A DNA stretch of 10,607 nucleotides. It comes from Candidatus Krumholzibacteriota bacterium. Lineage in GTDB: Bacteria; Krumholzibacteriota; Krumholzibacteriia; LZORAL124-64-63. The DNA is taken from the NCBI GenBank assembly GCA_039714075.1, contig JBDLKA010000117.1, positions 1-10,607 on the forward strand, given 5' to 3'. The notes beneath the pieces were generated by a model, which did no database searches, was not told the DNA's origin, and saw only the letters and a list, made by a program, of their open reading frames with translations. The position numbers and the translations under genes were made by a program. Of the stretch, positions 6,638 through 10,607 are shown piece after piece. Position 1 is the stretch's first letter. Every line of letters starts with the position of its first letter.

Positions 6638-8161
6638 CTATTTGCGGCGGAACATGTTCAGGTATTTGCCGCCCGCCACCGGCAGATGGATCTGCTCGTA
6701 GGCCTTTTGAAAGTCCTTGTTGGTGACGATGTCGACCTCACGGTTCAAGGGCGGGATCAACTTCGTGCGCGGCTGGTCGGTGATGTCCACGTTGCCGATC
6801 AGGATGTAGTCGGGACGGCGCTCCAGGACCAGGGCGCCGTCGTGTTTTTCGTGGCCGGCGTAACCGTGGGTGAACTCCATTTCCTTGTGTGCAATTTCCG
6901 GATCGACCAGACCATAGAAATCATAGGCCTTGAAACCGGTGCGCCAGGGGATGTAGCCCGCCGGACCCAGGGCGATGACCGAACCGCGGGGCAGTTGTTC
7001 GGCCATGGCGTCGCCGGCCAGGATCCATCCGCCCAGGTTGGCTTCGCTCATGTGGATGGATATCAGACGCCGTTCCTTGCCCCAGAAGGAAGCCGGCAGC
7101 AGGACCAGGCCCAGAACGACGGTGAAGACCACCGCGCCCTGCGGCCGTGACAACCAGCCGGCCTCGGCCGCGAGAGCGACCGTGCCAATGATCATGATCG
7201 GCAGGATGGGAACGAAGAACCGGAACATGCCCAGCATGTCGCCGCCGATGACGGTGGCGTAGACAATCCAGAAGATGACCAGGCCCGCGCCGTAAAGCGT
7301 GTCCCGGGGTTTCAGGGTGGCGAAGCCGCCGCCCATGCCCGCGGCGCCGCCGATCACCGCCAGGGAAAGGACGTAGTTCAGCAGGAAGGAAAGGGTGTAG
7401 GGCAGGCCGGTCTTGATCTGTCCCGCCAGATCGCCCGTTTTGGCGTAATAGGTATTGGGCAGCCACCAGCCGTAGACGTCGTGCCGCCAGATGAAAAACA
7501 CGGCCATACCCAGGATCAGGACCAGCAGTCCCAGCCAACGGCGTACGTTGTGGAAAAGGGTGCCGGAGCCTCCCGGGGCCATGGCCCAGATGGTGAAGAT
7601 CATCGCCAAAGCCGGGCCCTCGGGTCTGGTGAGCACCAGCAGCACGCCCACGATGCCGGCGCCGAGTGGATTGCGATTCAGGGCCAGACGCCAGGCCAGA
7701 ACCACCCACAGGGTGAACAACGGGGTTTCCAGGCCGGCCAACATCCAGCAGGCGCCCGCGCCGACGGCGGCCAGGAGCAGCTGGGCGACCCGGCCGGGAG
7801 CCGTGCTCATCTCCGTGGCCCGCGGCGCCAGTATTTTTACGATACCCGGGGCCAAAACCATGACGCCGGCCATGGCGCAAGTCCCCATGATCCTGGCCCA
7901 GAGCAACGGGTCCAGGCCGACCTTCATGCCGAACGAACTCAACAGGACCCACAACAGATTGCTGTAACCCTCGACCTGTTCCCCGCGATTGAAAACCAGC
8001 CCGTGTCCATCCAGCATGTTCTGGGCAAACCGGAACGAGATGAAGGCGTCGTCGATGACGAAGCGGAAGGACCACCCGTGCCCCACCAGCAGGGCCAGGG
8101 CGATCACGAACCACAGGAATCCGGATCCGCGGCCGCCTATCCTGCCGCCCGAGCCCATCAT
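6638..8161 (-). CDS. Polytopic membrane protein, AftB-like GT-C superfamily glycosyltransferase (putative), ~507 aa
   Basis: The first external loop reads IDDAFISFRFAQNMLDGHGLVFNRGEQVEGYSNLLW. Also GLETPL, LTRPEG, LPNTYYAK and GGDMLGMFRFFVP, about 11-12 hydrophobic segments, and a soluble C-terminal domain (DFYGLVDPEIAH...GHEK...RPDYI). The start overlaps the upstream stop (ATGATG/TGA). Confidence 0.75.
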   Translation of the reverse strand: MMGSGGRIGGRGSGFLWFVIALALLVGHGWSFRFVIDDAFISFRFAQNMLDGHGLVFNRGEQVEGYSNLLWVLLSSFGMKVGLDPLLWARIMGTCAMAGVMVLAPGIVKILAPRATEMSTAPGRVAQLLLAAVGAGACWMLAGLETPLFTLWVVLAWRLALNRNPLGAGIVGVLLVLTRPEGPALAMIFTIWAMAPGGSGTLFHNVRRWLGLLVLILGMAVFFIWRHDVYGWWLPNTYYAKTGDLAGQIKTGLPYTLSFLLNYVLSLAVIGGAAGMGGGFATLKPRDTLYGAGLVIFWIVYATVIGGDMLGMFRFFVPILPIMIIGTVALAAEAGWLSRPQGAVVFTVVLGLVLLPASFWGKERRLISIHMSEANLGGWILAGDAMAEQLPRGSVIALGPAGYIPWRTGFKAYDFYGLVDPEIAHKEMEFTHGYAGHEKHDGALVLERRPDYILIGNVDITDQPRTKLIPPLNREVDIVTNKDFQKAYEQIHLPVAGGKYLNMFRRK

Positions 8162-9327
8162 GACGGTGCTCCCGGTTTGCCGGTCGAAATTTCGATATCC
8201 ACACCGCGCCGCCGCAGTTCCTCGACCATCCGCTCTCCCGGGACCACCAGTTCCTGGCAGCGGGCGCCGGGGGCGTCGATTTCACCCGAGGCCAGCATTG
8301 CCGCGATGATGGCGGCGGGATACCCGGTCATGCGCATCATGGCGGAGATGTCGTTGACGCGGTCATGACGGTCGATGATGCGGACGGTTTTGCGCACCGC
8401 CTCTTCAGCGGTCGTCCAGCCTTCGGCTTCGGCCAACAGCAGGACGACATCCTCGCCGGGCAGGTCCAGCTTTTCATTCATCAGCCGGGCCAGCATTTCC
8501 CGGGGGGACACCTTGCCCCCGTCGAATTCCAGGGGCGCGCCGGCGCAGAGGCCGAGTTCGGCCAGGAGGCGGAACTGGGCGCAATGACCCTTGTAGCGAA
8601 TGGTCTTGTAGTCGAGGTTGGGCACCCGGCCGTCCAGGGTCCGGGGCAGGGTGGAGGTGCCGCCGCTGGTCTGGAAGGCTTCCAGTTCGCCGAAGGGGGC
8701 GGGGAAGGTCAGGGTTTCCAACTCGCTGAGAGCCGGGACGGTCTTGAGCTTTCCGTCCCGGATGACGACCGCCGGCTCTATGTACTCGTTGATCAGTCCC
8801 TGCACCGAAAACACGACCTTGTAGTTCATGGGTGGCACAGGGTCGGCGGGCAGGCCGCCGACGCGGAGCTTGAGACTTTCGGCCCGTTCCAGACCATCCA
8901 CCAGCCAGTAGCCCAGGATACCGGCCAGGCCGGGAGCCAAGCCGCAATCGGGGATGATGGTGACGCCCTGGGCCGCAGCCTGGTCATTGAGATCGAACTC
9001 CTGGGCCACGATGTCGTTGTTGCCGCCCAGGTCGACAAAATGGGTCCGGCCCGCGACGGCCAGCGAGGCGAGCTGGGCGTTGAACCAGTAATTCACCGCG
9101 CTGATGGCCACGTCGGCGGCCTCCATCAGCGGGGGCAGGGCCGAGTCATCACGGACATCGGCGCACACCGTGGCCAGCCGGTCGTCCCGCAGGCGGTCTT
9201 CCAGGGCGGCCAGATTGGCCTGGTCGGCATCGACCACGGTCAGCTTTTTCGTGTCCGGGGCGTGACGCAGCAGGTCGAACGCGATGGCGGTTCCCTGCAG
9301 TCCGGCTCCCAGCAACAGGTAGTTCAA
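8158..9327 (-). CDS. Saccharopine dehydrogenase-family oxidoreductase, lysine 6-dehydrogenase-like, ~389 aa
   Basis: Rossmann motif LLGAGLQG, plus VDLGGN, IPDCGLAPG, VGGLP, VFSVQGLINEY, LEAFQTSGGTSTL, YKTIRYKGH and AMMRMTGYPA. The start is probably TTG at 9327, 6 nt after GGAG, with ATG at 9333 as the alternative. The ORF-track start at 9549 is overextended. Confidence 0.9.
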   Translation of the reverse strand: MNYLLLGAGLQGTAIAFDLLRHAPDTKKLTVVDADQANLAALEDRLRDDRLATVCADVRDDSALPPLMEAADVAISAVNYWFNAQLASLAVAGRTHFVDLGGNNDIVAQEFDLNDQAAAQGVTIIPDCGLAPGLAGILGYWLVDGLERAESLKLRVGGLPADPVPPMNYKVVFSVQGLINEYIEPAVVIRDGKLKTVPALSELETLTFPAPFGELEAFQTSGGTSTLPRTLDGRVPNLDYKTIRYKGHCAQFRLLAELGLCAGAPLEFDGGKVSPREMLARLMNEKLDLPGEDVVLLLAEAEGWTTAEEAVRKTVRIIDRHDRVNDISAMMRMTGYPAAIIAAMLASGEIDAPGARCQELVVPGERMVEELRRRGVDIEISTGKPGAPS

Positions 9328-9376
9328 GTCCATCTCCGTCAGGTAGGGGGGTGGGAGTATCGCTTCACCCGAATCC

Positions 9377-9405
9377 ATATTAAAACCCTGGGCCCCTCCG
9401 GTCAC
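9377..9405 (-). promoter_or_regulatory. Candidate sigma70 promoter for the dehydrogenase-GT-C operon (GTGACC-N17-TAATAT)
   Basis: The -35 is at 9400-9405 and the -10 at 9377-9382 on the minus strand, with a 17-nt spacer, about 50 nt upstream of the start. Pattern match only. Confidence 0.35.
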
Positions 9406-9457
9406 GCGGCAAACGAAAAAAAATCCGGCGGGCCGGCCCGCAGATCGAATCATCCCT

Positions 9458-9486
9458 TTGACCTCACTCCGTTGCAGAGCTACTAT
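9458..9486 (+). promoter_or_regulatory. Candidate sigma70 promoter for the fumarate hydratase genes (TTGACC-N17-TACTAT)
   Basis: The -35 matches 5/6 and the -10 matches 4/6 with TAnnnT conserved. The spacer is exactly 17 nt and the element ends 43 nt upstream of ATG 9530. Confidence 0.6.
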
Positions 9487-9529
9487 CCTGAAGTAAACCA
9501 TGTTCCTTCCAATACCCAAGGAGTTCGCC

Positions 9530-10492
9530 ATGCCAGCCAGGGCCGTCAAGGGGGCGTCCGCAGTTTCTTCCAGGAATGCCTCCGGAAAGATGGATGCCAG
9601 CGTTCTTCAGAAAGTTCTTCAAAAAAACCTTCTCGAGCTCATCCGCCGCACCTCGGTCGAATTGCCGGGCGATGTCGTCCGCGCGGTTCACAAGGGGATA
9701 CGCCGGGAGAAGAAGGATTCCTCGGGCCGCTACGCCCTCGAGGTGATTCGCGAGAACATCATCATGGCCAAGGAAAAGTCCCAACCGCTGTGCCAGGACA
9801 CCGGCGTGATCATCTGTTACGCCGATCTGCCCGACTGGTGCGATGAGGGGACGTTCCGCAAGGCCTACGAACGAGCCGTGGTCCAGGCCACCAAGGTGGG
9901 CTACCTGCGGCAGAATTCGGTGGACTCGATCACCGGCAAAAATTCGGGGACCAATCTCGGTCCGGGCAGCCCTTCGTTCCATTTCCATCCGGCCAAGGGA
10001 AAATCCCTGAAGGTGCGGATGATGCTCAAGGGGGGCGGCTGCGAGAATTCCAGCATCCAGTACAGCTTGCCCGACAACAGGATCGGCGCCGGCCGCGACC
10101 TAGAGGGTGTGCGGCGCTGCCTGCTGGACGCGCTGGTCCAGGCCCAGGGCAAGGGTTGCGGTCCGGGTATCCTGGGCGTGTGCATCGGCGGGGACCGGGG
10201 TTCGGGCTACATCGCCGCCAAGGAAACCCTGTTCCGCCTGCTGGACGACAAGAACGAGGACAAGGTCCTGGCCAAACTGGAAAACAGGATCATGAAAGAG
10301 GGCAACGGCCTGAACATCGGGCCCATGGGCTTCGGAGGCGAGACGACCCTGCTGGGCGTGAAGATCACCCACCGCAACCGGGTCCCCGCCTCGTTTTTCG
10401 TTTCGGTGGCCTACATGTGCTGGGCTTTCCGGCGCAACGGTTTCATGATGGGCCCGGGCGGCCGCATTTCCCGCTGGCTCTACGAATCTTGA
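9530..10492 (+). CDS. Class I Fe-S fumarate hydratase / tartrate dehydratase-family alpha subunit, 320 aa
   Basis: SD AAGGAG lies 6 nt before ATG 9530 (alternative start 9590). Motifs PLCQDTG, LRQNSVD, KGGGCEN, GCGPG...GVCIGG, IGPMGFGGETT and VAYMCWAFRR carry the Fe-S Cys ligands. Confidence 0.93.
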   Translation: MPARAVKGASAVSSRNASGKMDASVLQKVLQKNLLELIRRTSVELPGDVVRAVHKGIRREKKDSSGRYALEVIRENIIMAKEKSQPLCQDTGVIICYADLPDWCDEGTFRKAYERAVVQATKVGYLRQNSVDSITGKNSGTNLGPGSPSFHFHPAKGKSLKVRMMLKGGGCENSSIQYSLPDNRIGAGRDLEGVRRCLLDALVQAQGKGCGPGILGVCIGGDRGSGYIAAKETLFRLLDDKNEDKVLAKLENRIMKEGNGLNIGPMGFGGETTLLGVKITHRNRVPASFFVSVAYMCWAFRRNGFMMGPGGRISRWLYES

Positions 10493-10524
10493 CGAATTGA
10501 TTACGAAATTTTGGAGGCTGGATC

Positions 10525-10607
10525 ATGTTGCTGGAAGCACCTTTCACCGAAAAGAAGATCCGCGCCCTGCGCGTCGGGGACCGGGTGGAGATCACCGGGC
10601 TGATCTA
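10525..10607 (+). CDS. Class I fumarate hydratase beta subunit, 5' fragment (runs off the right edge)
   Basis: SD GGAGG at 10513-10517. Translates as MLLEAPFTEKKIRALRVGDRVEITGLI, matching the beta-domain start (P.t.e.i..LkvGD.V.itG.iy). It lies directly downstream of the alpha subunit. Confidence 0.88.
   Translation, partial: MLLEAPFTEKKIRALRVGDRVEITGLI

Noticed and set aside
6921..9846. 454-aa minus, 295-aa plus and 493-aa plus ORFs
   Set aside because: These are alternative-frame or antisense shadows of the GT-C and dehydrogenase genes, with the biased composition typical of non-coding frames.
10490..10527. Selenocysteine readthrough or programmed frameshift fusing fumarase alpha and beta
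   Set aside because: A second in-frame stop does not need to be invoked: beta is in a different frame, has its own strong SD and ATG, and no SECIS-like hairpin or slippery site is evident.

Overview
GC-rich bacterial chromosomal window that is densely coding and mostly amino-acid or central metabolism plus envelope and secreted proteins. In order: a partial long-type urocanate hydratase (hutU, minus, missing from the ORF track because it runs off the left edge); an uncharacterised secreted 179-aa protein with a two-fold internal CxxC repeat, many Met residues and a (H/E)GDH tail (minus); homocysteine S-methyltransferase (mmuM, minus); a Yip1-family membrane protein and a secreted papain-family (C1) peptidase with an apparent Cys-His-Asp triad (plus); a 107-bp nested palindrome between convergent genes; a secreted beta-propeller protein (minus); signal peptidase I (plus); an AftB-like GT-C membrane protein translationally coupled to a lysine 6-dehydrogenase/saccharopine dehydrogenase-family gene (minus); and a split class I Fe-S fumarate hydratase (alpha complete, beta partial, plus). 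I found no mobile-element genes, CRISPR arrays, rRNA or tRNA. The best candidates for something undescribed are the twin-CxxC Met/His-rich exported protein with its putative promoter and operator, and the long palindrome. All family calls come from motif recognition by eye, not from database searches.
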